DNA of 64,000 nucleotides, taken from Microgenomates group bacterium. Lineage in GTDB: Bacteria; Patescibacteriota; Microgenomatia; UBA12405. Below the pieces are notes generated by a model, which searched no databases, was not told the DNA's origin, and saw only the letters and a list, made by a program, of their open reading frames with translations. Positions 15,808-24,280 of this stretch are shown here, piece after piece; the stretch's first letter is position 1, and every line of letters begins with the position of its first letter. The DNA lies in assembly GCA_049303675.1 (NCBI GenBank), contig JBAQNJ010000001.1, positions 821,443 through 885,442 on the forward strand, read 5' to 3'. The translations under genes were made by a program, and so were the position numbers.

Positions 15808-16825
15808 TGCCATAAATTTTGGCTGTCGCGTCAATGCCGCCGAAACCAATCAATTATCCCAACAACTAATTGATCAAGGTTATACTTTTGACGATCAAAA
15901 TCCCGACACTATTATTGTCAACACCTGCGCCATAACCAAGAAAGGTGAATACGAATCAATTTATAATATAAAAAAAATATTAAAAGACAACCCAAACATT
16001 AAAATAATTGCCACTGGTTGTGCTAACCTAGAAAAATTAAAAGACCTCAAAAACGTTACCATCCTCAAAAATGTCGACAAGGACAAAATCCAATCCGTCT
16101 ACACTCCCCAAATCAGCGACAAATTTTCTCGCACCCATCGTTATATGCTCAAAGTACAATCCGGCTGTAGTGTCAATTGTACTTTTTGTATCGTCCCCAC
16201 CCGTCGCACCACCCTCAACTCTCTGTCTATCTCAGATGCTGTGAAAACAGTTAATACCGTCGTAGAAAACGGCTATACCGAAGTTATTATCACTGGTGTC
16301 AATCTGGCTCAATATCTCCCCAGCCTCGCCGATTTGGTAGAAGCACTGCTCACCCAAACCAAAATAAAATTAATTTCATTTGGTTCAGTCCCACTGCTTT
16401 GTATCAACGATAAATTCATTGATCTGTTAACTGTAAACCGTTCACGGTTAACTGACTTTCTCCACATTCCTCTTCAATCAGGATCAAATAAAATCTTAAA
16501 ATTAATGCACCGCCCATATCATAAAGAAAAAATACTCAATACCTTTAAATTACTAACTTCCCCCCTTGTTAAAGGGGGGACCGAGGGGGGATTGAAATTC
16601 GGGACCGACATCATCGTCGGCTTCCCCACCGAAACTGACTCCGACTTTCAAGAAACTTATAATTTATGCCAATCTTTAGGTTTTTCTAAAATTCATGTTT
16701 TCCGCTATTCTCCCCGCCCCGACACACCTGCTCGAGAATTGTTCCTCAAAAGTGCTAAAATCCCTAAAACCGTCATTTTAGAAAGGTCAAAACTACTCCG
16801 TCAACTAACACCAACAAATATATGA
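15794..16825 (+). CDS. radical-SAM methylthiotransferase (MiaB/RimO family), N-terminal MTTase domain plus radical SAM core
   Basis: 'IIVNTCAITKKGE' MTTase N-domain; 'CSVNCTFC' CxxxCxxC; no TRAM domain within this ORF; contains an in-frame GTTAAC-repeat copy and a GC hairpin. Confidence 0.75.
   Translation: MKKFNAINFGCRVNAAETNQLSQQLIDQGYTFDDQNPDTIIVNTCAITKKGEYESIYNIKKILKDNPNIKIIATGCANLEKLKDLKNVTILKNVDKDKIQSVYTPQISDKFSRTHRYMLKVQSGCSVNCTFCIVPTRRTTLNSLSISDAVKTVNTVVENGYTEVIITGVNLAQYLPSLADLVEALLTQTKIKLISFGSVPLLCINDKFIDLLTVNRSRLTDFLHIPLQSGSNKILKLMHRPYHKEKILNTFKLLTSPLVKGGTEGGLKFGTDIIVGFPTETDSDFQETYNLCQSLGFSKIHVFRYSPRPDTPARELFLKSAKIPKTVILERSKLLRQLTPTNI
16434..16467. repeat. GTTAAC-core repeat copy inside the methylthiotransferase coding sequence (CTGTTAACTGTAAACCGTTCACGGTTAACTGAC), in frame
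   Basis: read directly; encodes '…LLTVNRSRLTDF…'. Confidence 0.6.
16561..16579. repeat. GC hairpin with TGTTAA loop (CCCCCT-TGTTAA-AGGGGGG) inside the methylthiotransferase coding sequence
   Basis: read directly; encodes 'PLVKGG'. Confidence 0.55.
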
Positions 16826-17106
16826 AAGTCCATATCGCTTCACTCCACTATGCCAGCCTCGAGAACACCCATCCCATTCCCGCCGTCACTATCAAAAAAA
16901 TAGATATTCCCACAGCCAGAACATTTAGATTCGGCCAAGGCCAAATTTTACATATCGGAAGAGATCCGTTTACTATCAGCGCTCAGGTCATTGTTGACGA
17001 CGAACTAGTCAGGCGTGAAGCCTCCGGTACACCCCTAGATATTTACCAAATGACCTTCCACACCAGAGACCCAAAAAAAGTTAAAGTCGTCTCCATCTTC
17101 CCCTAA
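16822..17106 (+). CDS. possible detached TRAM-like C-terminal segment of the upstream methylthiotransferase (ATGA overlap; split or frameshifted gene?)
   Basis: 94-aa ORF starts with ATG overlapping the upstream stop; weak TRAM-like pattern '...IGRDPFTISAQVIV...'; speculative. Confidence 0.3.
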   Translation: MKVHIASLHYASLENTHPIPAVTIKKIDIPTARTFRFGQGQILHIGRDPFTISAQVIVDDELVRREASGTPLDIYQMTFHTRDPKKVKVVSIFP

Positions 17107-18192
17107 TCATCTTCCAAACCACACTTCCATCTCATCAAACACCTCATATTTAAAAGACACTTCTTGACCCGCAAATCGGGCACCCTGACCCCAGACAAAA
17201 GCCCGCGCCACATCCTCACTCATCTGTGTCGATAATTTATTGAGTACATCTTTTAACGTCTGACCTCGGTGCATTATCAACGGTTCTTTTCTATCTGGTT
17301 CACTCGTTCGTTCCCTCTTTAAATAAACCCTAACCAATCCTAATTTTCTCCACACTGCTTCCTTAAATTCATCAATTCCCATATTTTTATCAGCACTCAT
17401 GTAAAGTCTATTTTCCACCTTTTCCTTCCTCAAATTTGGCTTGGTATCAATTTTGGTCACAATCTCCAACAGAGGAATATAGGTTCTTGATTTACTCAAC
17501 CCATCTATAAATCGGTCAATTGTCTCTACCTTTTCACCCAATTGAATTAGGGCACTTTCAAATCCCATCTCTGAGGCTATTTGCTCTAATTGTTCCATCG
17601 GTAAAATACTAAACGGATCCAATATCCGTAGGCCACCTTTACTGACTCGATTTATAATTATTTTTGGTGGCTGTTGATTTGGCCGCACCCCTGCCTGTTC
17701 CATTTCTTTTTTTATTTTATCTATCCATGCAATTCTATCAATATCAGCCATTAGTATCACCATATCTGATGCTCGGACCACCGACAACACCTTGCGACCA
17801 AAACCTTTGCCTGTCGCCGCCCCCTCAATAATCCCAGGTAAATCCAACATTTGGATGTTTATACCTTTGTATTCCATCATCCCTGGGATTACCCCCAGAG
17901 TAGTAAAGTCATAATTTCCCACCTTTGATTCAGCATTGGTCACTGCATTGAGTAGCGTCGATTTACCCACTGATGGCAGTCCCACCAACACCACCGAAGC
18001 GTCACCCGAATGTTTGATGGCATAGCCCACACCCCCGCCACCTCCAGTTAATTTGGCATCCAACATGTCCTTAAGCCGTGATAGTTTTGCCTTCAATACC
18101 CCATGATGAAATTGGCTACTCTTGTCATAAGGAGTATCCCGCAGCTCTTTCTCCACTGCCTCAATTTTTTTATTAATTTCTTCTGGAATCAT
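17107..18192 (-). CDS. DRG-family (developmentally regulated GTP-binding protein-like) Obg-class GTPase with C-terminal TGS domain
   Basis: strong resemblance to DRG across 'HHGVLKAKLSRLKD...GGGGGVGYAIKHSGDASVVLVGLPSVGKSTLLNAVTN...YDFTTLGVIPGMMEYKGINIQMLDLPGIIEGAATGKG'; TGS-like C-terminus. Confidence 0.8.
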   Translation of the reverse strand: MIPEEINKKIEAVEKELRDTPYDKSSQFHHGVLKAKLSRLKDMLDAKLTGGGGGVGYAIKHSGDASVVLVGLPSVGKSTLLNAVTNAESKVGNYDFTTLGVIPGMMEYKGINIQMLDLPGIIEGAATGKGFGRKVLSVVRASDMVILMADIDRIAWIDKIKKEMEQAGVRPNQQPPKIIINRVSKGGLRILDPFSILPMEQLEQIASEMGFESALIQLGEKVETIDRFIDGLSKSRTYIPLLEIVTKIDTKPNLRKEKVENRLYMSADKNMGIDEFKEAVWRKLGLVRVYLKRERTSEPDRKEPLIMHRGQTLKDVLNKLSTQMSEDVARAFVWGQGARFAGQEVSFKYEVFDEMEVWFGR

Positions 18193-18209
18193 CTGATAAA
18201 ATAGAGAAC

Positions 18210-19553
18210 ATGTTGGTTCTAATACTAATAATTACTTTTTTCCTAAACTACAGTCCTATTTTAGCATCTGAACGCAATATTTTTGGTCTCCACTTAACTC
18301 AAACCAACGATATCTATTCTGCGGCCAAAATAATTAATTCGAGTAACGGCGACTGGGGCTATGCCACCATTGTTATCCGACTCGACCAGCTCAATCGCCA
18401 AAATTGGCAGGAGTTTATGAATAATTGCCGTAAATTCCATATTATACCTATAATCAGATTGGCCACTATCATGGAAAATAATTATTGGAAAAAGCCAGAA
18501 ACTTCCGATATCGATAATTTGGCCTCTTTTCTCAATTCACTCAATTGGCCCACCCAAGAGCAACATATAATATTATTTAACGAAACCAATCACGGTTCCG
18601 AATGGAGTGGGGGAGTCGATGTTAAGTCATTTACCGACATTTCTATCTATACCTATCAAAAATTAAAAAGTCTAAATTCAAATTTTGTGGTAATTAGTGG
18701 TGCTCTAGACCTTGCCGCACCAAATAAAAACAGTGAATTTAAATCAGCTACGGACTTCTTTAAAGAAATTTACACTTATCGTCCCGAATATTTTGACAAT
18801 CTCGATGCTCTGGGCAACCACTATTATCCGCAAAACAGTCCCCGTGATTATAACTGGGAATTAGGACTTCTAAAAAAGCTTGGGGTAAAAAAAACTTTTC
18901 CAGTTTACATTACCGAAACCGGCTGGCCTCATCGCGAGGGCGAGACCAAAAATAACCAATACTTTCTCGCCCAAACATCGGCCAATCTGTTAATCAAATC
19001 TCTAGCTACATGGCAAAAAGACCCCCGAGTTGTGGCGGTTACCCCATTTATTTTCAACTATCCCTTCGAACCATTTGACCACTTTTCTTGGGTTGATAAA
19101 AATGAAAATCTATTGCCAGCTTATCAATCAGTCGTTAATAATCCCAAACAAAAAAATACTCCTTCTCAAATTACCTCTTATGAAATCACTAGCAATCGCT
19201 TGCCATTTATCATTTTAACCGACTCAGAATACTTGGGCGAAATATCAATAAAAAATACTGGCCAATCAATTTGGGGAGAGACTAATTTTTGCTTGCCCCC
19301 TGACTCCACCCCCAATGTCACCATTGATCAAATTTGTACTACCAATAATTTTGTTTATCCCAACCAAATTGAAAAATTCTCTTATAAATTAAAAATAAAA
19401 AATATACCCGATTACAAGGAAAAAACATTTATCAGTTGGCAGGGATTACCTCCTCTAGAAATCACTCCCTTGAATGGAGAAGGCACTATCTATAGTCCTA
19501 AGTTGACACCGCTGCAAAGGTTAGTTCAATATTTCCAAAGCTGGTTTATTTAA
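18210..19553 (+). CDS. secreted glycoside-hydrolase-like TIM-barrel protein (GH5-like?)
   Basis: signal/TM N-terminus; 'ILFNETNHG' (acid/base-like NE[PT]) and 'VYITETGWPH' (nucleophile-like) motifs; family assignment uncertain. Confidence 0.45.
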   Translation: MLVLILIITFFLNYSPILASERNIFGLHLTQTNDIYSAAKIINSSNGDWGYATIVIRLDQLNRQNWQEFMNNCRKFHIIPIIRLATIMENNYWKKPETSDIDNLASFLNSLNWPTQEQHIILFNETNHGSEWSGGVDVKSFTDISIYTYQKLKSLNSNFVVISGALDLAAPNKNSEFKSATDFFKEIYTYRPEYFDNLDALGNHYYPQNSPRDYNWELGLLKKLGVKKTFPVYITETGWPHREGETKNNQYFLAQTSANLLIKSLATWQKDPRVVAVTPFIFNYPFEPFDHFSWVDKNENLLPAYQSVVNNPKQKNTPSQITSYEITSNRLPFIILTDSEYLGEISIKNTGQSIWGETNFCLPPDSTPNVTIDQICTTNNFVYPNQIEKFSYKLKIKNIPDYKEKTFISWQGLPPLEITPLNGEGTIYSPKLTPLQRLVQYFQSWFI

Positions 19554-19593
19554 ACCAAATTATACTTATTACTGATAAAATACAGTTGATTTG

Positions 19594-19666
19594 TCCTCGT
19601 AGCTCAGTTGGATAGAGCGCTTCCCTTCTAAGGAAGAGGTCATTGGTTCGATCCCAATCGAGGATA
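19594..19666 (+). tRNA. tRNA-Arg (anticodon TCT)
   Basis: GTCCTCGTAGCTCAGTTGGATAGAGCGCTTCC-CTTCTAA-GGAAG AGGTC ATTGGTTCGATCCCAATCGAGGATA. Confidence 0.8.
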
Positions 19667-19667
19667 C

Positions 19668-19739
19668 TAAACAGTTGACAGATTACAGTTTACAGAAAAA
19701 ATCTCTGTTAACTGACAACTGTAGACTGTAAACTGATTA
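19668..19739. repeat. cluster of CAGTT[A/G]AC / ACAGTTTACAG / CTGTAAACTG words between the two tRNA-Arg genes (GTTAAC-core repeat family)
   Basis: read directly: 'aaacagttgacagattacagtttacagaaaaaatctctgttaactgacaactgtagactgtaaactg'. Confidence 0.6.
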
Positions 19740-19811
19740 GCGCCTATAGCTCAATGGATAGAGTACCAGTCTTCGGAACTGGTGATGAGGGTCCGATTCC
19801 CCCTGGGCGTA
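19740..19811 (+). tRNA. tRNA-Arg (anticodon TCG)
   Basis: GCGCCTATAGCTCAATGGATAGAGTACCAGT-CTTCGGA-ACTGG...; acceptor stem has two G.U pairs. Confidence 0.7.
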
Positions 19812-19833
19812 CATATTAATTACAAATTAAAAA

Positions 19834-19850
19834 TTACGAATTACGAATTG
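19834..19850. repeat. ATTACGAATTACGAATT motif (reverse complement of the AATTCGTAATTCG repeat seen at 47.03 and 52.07 kb)
   Basis: read directly. Confidence 0.6.
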
Positions 19851-19899
19851 TTAGGTGTTTTTTGTTGATTTGTAAATTATAATCAGTAATTAACAATTT

Positions 19900-19972
19900 G
19901 GGTCGTTAGCTCAGTCGGTAGAGCAATCGCCTCTTAAGCGATTGGTCGTGAGTTCGAGTCTCACACGACCCA
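19900..19972 (+). tRNA. tRNA-Lys (anticodon CTT)
   Basis: GGGTCGTTAGCTCAGTCGGTAGAGCAATCGC-CTCTTAA-GCGAT...GTGAGTTCGAGTCTCACACGACCCA; TATAAT ~18 nt upstream. Confidence 0.85.
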
Positions 19973-19987
19973 CTAGGTAATTTCATT

Positions 19988-20069
19988 GCCGCAGTGGTGA
20001 AATTGGTATACACGTACGCTTTAGGAGCGTATACCGCAAGGTGTGGAGGTTCAAGTCCTCTCTGCGGCA
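19988..20069 (+). tRNA. tRNA-Leu (anticodon TAG)
   Basis: GCCGCAGTGGTGAAATTGGTATACACGTACGC-TTTAGGA-GCGTA + long variable arm + GGAGGTTCAAGTCCTCTCTGCGGCA; followed by T-run. Confidence 0.8.
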
Positions 20070-20090
20070 CTTTTTTTGCTACACTATTTT

Positions 20091-20867
20091 ATGTTCTTGC
20101 TGTTATTAGCCATATTTATCACTTTCTCGGCAAATACTTTTGCCCAAGAGGCGACACCCACACCTCGACTATTTGACCAATATCAAAAGGACTATCTCTT
20201 CCAATATGACCAATATCAAAAGGACTATCTTGTCTATGTAGACAAAAAACGCGTCTATACCAAATACGGTAGCATTACCACTCAAAAAGACAAATTCAAC
20301 GCCGCCGTTACTGCCATCAATAGTCGTAATCGCACCTACAAAGCTTATTTACTTGCTCTGCGCGTCATGCTTGATGAATACAAAAGTGCCGACAACACTC
20401 AAACCGAAAGAAATCAAATTGACCTCTCCAAATGGGAAGATTGGTTCAACGAACAACTAACCGTAGTACCTTCAATTAATAACGATAGCGACCTCACCAA
20501 GTGGATAAATGATTTCAAAGATAAATATATCAGCATCCAACAAGTAATTTACTCTGCTCTTGTCCAGCACGAAATTAATCTCCGTCAGTTGACCCTAAAT
20601 CAAATCCAATCTCTGGCCAACGATATCAAAAACAATCCCCAAATAAAGCCAGAGAGCCAGCAATGGATCAGTAGTTTGACCGTAAAATCGGATCTAGTTA
20701 GCACAAGTTTTACTAATGCCCAAAATTTTACTAAGAAAAGCCAGAGCCAATCCCGTTTTTCCAATTTTTATCCAGACGCCTTGTCTGAACTTAGTAAAAG
20801 CAATAATTATCTCCGGGAAATATCAGCCGACCTAAAATTAACTGTTACCAAGTTTTATCTACCATGA
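20091..20867 (+). CDS. secreted hypothetical protein with tandem 'DQYQKDYL' repeat
   Basis: start trimmed to 'MFLLLLAIFITFSANTFAQEA' (signal peptide) to clear tRNA-Leu; 27-bp tandem DNA repeat at ~20171..20236. Confidence 0.45.
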   Translation: MFLLLLAIFITFSANTFAQEATPTPRLFDQYQKDYLFQYDQYQKDYLVYVDKKRVYTKYGSITTQKDKFNAAVTAINSRNRTYKAYLLALRVMLDEYKSADNTQTERNQIDLSKWEDWFNEQLTVVPSINNDSDLTKWINDFKDKYISIQQVIYSALVQHEINLRQLTLNQIQSLANDIKNNPQIKPESQQWISSLTVKSDLVSTSFTNAQNFTKKSQSQSRFSNFYPDALSELSKSNNYLREISADLKLTVTKFYLP

Positions 20868-21235
20868 ACGACGCCTACCAAAACCAAGATATTAGTGGGA
20901 CCAATCCCTTGGAAAACACACCAGTAGAGACCACCTCCAAAAAACCGCTCAAAATTCCCAGTGACCCCAAAATTAGAATAATAATAATTTTAGGAGCCAT
21001 TGTTTTTGTTTTGTTACTTATTAGCCTAGTCACCACTTTTTTTAGGAAAATATCTCCCACGCCCATCAGAAATACTCCCACGCCAATAATTACTACTATA
21101 CCCCTGCCTACAGAAAACACGGAGGTCAACAACATCCCCCCAGAGCTGCAAGATAAATTTACTCAAATCGACAATCATATCAACACTAACATAAACTTCA
21201 TTCCACCCCAAATCGACACTGAAATAGGGCTTTAA
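20864..21235 (+). CDS. single-pass membrane protein, Pro/Thr-rich
   Basis: ORF with ATGA overlap; one TM helix. Confidence 0.4.
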   Translation: MNDAYQNQDISGTNPLENTPVETTSKKPLKIPSDPKIRIIIILGAIVFVLLLISLVTTFFRKISPTPIRNTPTPIITTIPLPTENTEVNNIPPELQDKFTQIDNHINTNINFIPPQIDTEIGL

Positions 21236-21798
21236 TTTTTTCTCGACAAATATGCACCTGTCTCAGTGCTCACCGAGATTTCTTCTCCCACTTTGATAAA
21301 CAGAGGAACTAGTACTTTGGCCCCCGTCTCTAGCGTAGCATTCTTCATGGCGCTAGTGGCCGTATCGCCCTTAATCGAATTTTCTGATTCCACCACTTTC
21401 AAAACAATACTTTTTGGCAAAGTTAACCCCACCGGTTTTTCTTCGTAAAACTTAATTCTATACAAAATTCCCTCTTTTAAATATTCTTTGTCATCACCAA
21501 TGATTACCGCTGGTACCATATATTGTTCAAATGTTCGTGGCTCGATAAACACATAATTTTCTCCATCAAAATACGAATACTCGGCCTCATGTGTCTCTAC
21601 CAATACTTCGTCAATTTTTTCTCCAGATTTATAGGTATATTCCACCACTCTACCCGAATATAGTGACTTTAGTTTAGTTTTATAAAAAGCTGATCCCTTA
21701 CCAGGGGACACAAAAGTAATGTCTACCACCATATGTGGCTCTTCGTGAAATATTATATAAATTCCCTTTTTTAGTTGTGCTGTTGATATCATTCCCAT
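21232..21798 (-). CDS. efp: elongation factor P
   Basis: 'KGSAFYKTKLKSL' region; C-terminal 'ATLETGAKVLVPLFIKVGEEISVSTETGAYLSR'. Confidence 0.9.
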   Translation of the reverse strand: MGMISTAQLKKGIYIIFHEEPHMVVDITFVSPGKGSAFYKTKLKSLYSGRVVEYTYKSGEKIDEVLVETHEAEYSYFDGENYVFIEPRTFEQYMVPAVIIGDDKEYLKEGILYRIKFYEEKPVGLTLPKSIVLKVVESENSIKGDTATSAMKNATLETGAKVLVPLFIKVGEEISVSTETGAYLSRKN

Positions 21799-21839
21799 AA
21801 TCCGTATTGTAAACCAATTCTAGATTCATCGCAACCAGT

Positions 21840-22097
21840 TCACTTGACTTCTTTAGCCAATCTATTGGCCAGTTCGATTCTGACTCCAATTTTGGCTCTA
21901 ACTGATTCTAAGGCTACTTGTCTCCTTCTTAGCATCTCACTGCCATCTTCCAATAAAATTGTAGTATTTCTACGACTAATTACTCTTCTATCTAGTACGG
22001 CTGATATTCCCTCCTCTTGGGCAACATTTTCTATCAATTTTCTCAAGTTGTTGTCCAATACTTTTCTCTTTTTTTCATACAGATTCATATAATCCAT
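21840..22097 (-). CDS. hypothetical protein (85 aa)
   Basis: ORF only. Confidence 0.3.
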   Translation of the reverse strand: MDYMNLYEKKRKVLDNNLRKLIENVAQEEGISAVLDRRVISRRNTTILLEDGSEMLRRRQVALESVRAKIGVRIELANRLAKEVK

Positions 22098-22234
22098 AAT
22101 CTACCACTTCAACGCCTGTTCGTAAAGGTTGTAAGTACTTTAATGACATATTCACTTATACACCAATCATCCGCCAAAGGCGGATTGTATTTTGTGGCAA
22201 AATTTTCCCTAGTCATATATTTAATCCCTCTAAA

Positions 22235-22254
22235 TCTCCCCTTAACAGGGGAGA
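22235..22254. repeat. GC hairpin with TTAACA loop (TCTCCCC-TTAACA-GGGGAGA) immediately upstream of the DUF559 gene
   Basis: read directly. Confidence 0.6.
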
Positions 22255-22275
22255 CTTTATGATTAATAATTAAAC

Positions 22276-22692
22276 ATGAAACTTGTTGTCCCCGAAGCGG
22301 TCAATAGCAAAAGAATGTGTGTAGGATATCTTGAGCAATTGACACACATGTCCAGAAAAAACAGGAACAACCCCACAGCGGCAGAGGATAAAATTTGGCA
22401 AGAAGTTTTACGGAAAAGACAAACCGGCTACCTGTTTCTCAGACAAAAGCCAATTTATAGATTCATTACTGATTTCTATTGTGCTGAATTAAAACTCGCT
22501 ATAGAAATAGATGGCAGTTCACACAACAACAAAAAATGCACAGACAAACTTCGTGACCAATTTCTTAAACAAATAGGTATAGACACAATCAGATTTACAA
22601 ATAACGAGATAATCTACAATATAAATGATGTTAAAAATAAACTAATTGCAGTCTTACCCCCTCGTGTTAAAGAGGGGGGAGGGGGAGATTAA
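22276..22692 (+). CDS. DUF559 endonuclease-domain protein (Vsr/restriction-endonuclease-like fold)
   Basis: 'RQKPIYRFITDFYCAELKLAIEIDGSSHN...DKLRDQFLKQIGIDTIRFTNNEI' matches the DUF559 signature. Confidence 0.75.
   Translation: MKLVVPEAVNSKRMCVGYLEQLTHMSRKNRNNPTAAEDKIWQEVLRKRQTGYLFLRQKPIYRFITDFYCAELKLAIEIDGSSHNNKKCTDKLRDQFLKQIGIDTIRFTNNEIIYNINDVKNKLIAVLPPRVKEGGGGD
22657..22678. repeat. GC hairpin with GTGTTAAA loop (CCCCCTC-GTGTTAAA-GAGGGGG) inside the 3' end of the DUF559 gene
   Basis: read directly; encodes 'PPRVKEGGGG'. Confidence 0.6.
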
Positions 22693-22798
22693 GACCAAAA
22701 AATTACAAAAAAAATCCCAGAGCATGCTTTTTAGAGGAGCCACCCCGGGATCTAGCCGCAACTATAACAAATTATATAAGACATGTCAAGGTACGTAA

Positions 22799-23413
22799 CT
22801 AAAACTTACCATTTTCTATTTCTTCGATGAACTGGCGAACTCCGTATGCCCACGAACCATTTGAATGGGGGCAATACTTTTTCATGATCAATTCTGGTGT
22901 ATTCAATCCCTTGTCAAAGTACTGCCTCTTCAAATATTCTGCATACGTTCTCAAGGCTATATCATAGCTCTCAAATTTGAGTGTCCCTGCGCTATTGATA
23001 CCATAACCCCAGCAATTGTGAGAATTCTCGGGAATTTTCTTACATAAATTCGACTCTTGCTGGGCAATTGCCACTATCCAATAATATTCAAAATTATATG
23101 TTTTAGACAAGTCAAAAATTAGTTCCGAATATGGTGCTAGAGGGGACTTGTATTTCTCTAAATATCTTTTAATCAAAAGGGGTCTGGCATCATCCGTCAC
23201 CACCCTTTCTGACACTCCCAAAACAGAGCTGTCAGCTGCATCAACACTGGAAGCTAGAACAACATTTGACCCAGCCTTAGCCAATTTAGATGGTTTGTTT
23301 CCTGCACTATTATTATTTAATAGCAAAATCTCCACCAAAGCTACTACCAACAATAGTGTTGTCAAAACTCCAATAAAAACAAATCTACTTATATCTCTAA
23401 TTAAATCTTGCAT
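22799..23413 (-). CDS. membrane-anchored lysozyme-like (transglycosylase/glucosaminidase-like) protein
   Basis: N-terminal TM; 'YYWIVAIAQQESN...CWGYGINS' resembles lysozyme-like catalytic Glu region. Confidence 0.45.
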   Translation of the reverse strand: MQDLIRDISRFVFIGVLTTLLLVVALVEILLLNNNSAGNKPSKLAKAGSNVVLASSVDAADSSVLGVSERVVTDDARPLLIKRYLEKYKSPLAPYSELIFDLSKTYNFEYYWIVAIAQQESNLCKKIPENSHNCWGYGINSAGTLKFESYDIALRTYAEYLKRQYFDKGLNTPELIMKKYCPHSNGSWAYGVRQFIEEIENGKF

Positions 23414-23448
23414 CTTATTTATTAGTTCATGATATCATAGGCAACACT

Positions 23449-24255
23449 ATGACAACCAATACCCCCGTCTTTACCCCCAATCCCGACAAAACTTTCGTTA
23501 TTAAGGCCACATTCACTGTGCCTACTATTGACAAACAATACCAAAAAGTTCTCACCTCTGCCCAATCAAATATGGATATCAAAGGATTCCGCAAAGGCAA
23601 GGCACCACTGGATATGGTCAAAGATCGTCTCCATGATCACGTCTTAATAGAGGAAACTTTGACCGGATTAATTACGACAATGTATGGGGAAATTATCAAA
23701 ACAAATCACCTCCACCCCATCATCCAACCCCAACTGAAAATTGTCAACCCACCACTGACTCTCGACAAAGAATGGCAAATTGAAGTTACCGGATGTGAGC
23801 TCCCTGAGATCAAGCTAAGTGATAAATATCAAGACGAAATCAAAAAAATAAATAAGGCAGCCAAAGACGATAATGATCGGCTTAATCAGACAATCAGCTG
23901 TCTACTAAAATCATCAACCGTTGATTTACCTGAGATACTGGTCAAAAACGACGTCGAAAATAAATTATCACAGCTAGTTGATCAGACCGAACAAGCAGGA
24001 CTGACTGTCCAAGCCTATCTAAAATCAAAAAATACTACTTTAGACCAGTACAAAAAAGATTTGGAGACTCAAATTCACCAAGAATGGATTACCAATCTGG
24101 CTATCGACAATATAGCCAAAACCAACAAGATTGATGTCTCTCAGGCAGAAGTTGATGATATTATCTCCAAAAACAAAGATATGGCCAAAAATCTCAATTT
24201 AGTCTACTACCTCCTCACCCAGCAAAAAGTCTTCCAATTTTTGAAGAATCTCTAA
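23449..24255 (+). CDS. tig: trigger factor, short form (N-terminal ribosome-binding and C-terminal domains; PPIase domain apparently absent)
   Basis: 'GFRKGKAP' signature loop of the trigger-factor N-domain; 268 aa. Confidence 0.75.
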   Translation: MTTNTPVFTPNPDKTFVIKATFTVPTIDKQYQKVLTSAQSNMDIKGFRKGKAPLDMVKDRLHDHVLIEETLTGLITTMYGEIIKTNHLHPIIQPQLKIVNPPLTLDKEWQIEVTGCELPEIKLSDKYQDEIKKINKAAKDDNDRLNQTISCLLKSSTVDLPEILVKNDVENKLSQLVDQTEQAGLTVQAYLKSKNTTLDQYKKDLETQIHQEWITNLAIDNIAKTNKIDVSQAEVDDIISKNKDMAKNLNLVYYLLTQQKVFQFLKNL

Positions 24256-24280
24256 ACTAACCCACATGGTATAATCCGCC

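Noticed and set aside
19994-20176. ORF 19994..20176(+) and the first 16 codons of 20043..20867
   Set aside because: They overlap tRNA-Leu(TAG); the downstream protein more plausibly starts at the signal-peptide Met (20091).
22100-22200. ATCCGCC-AAA-GGCGGAT hairpin + TGTATTTTGT on the plus strand between two minus-strand genes and the DUF559 gene
   Set aside because: It looks like a plus-strand terminator but has no upstream plus-strand gene. It could terminate an unannotated sRNA or act bidirectionally. Evidence is insufficient to call.
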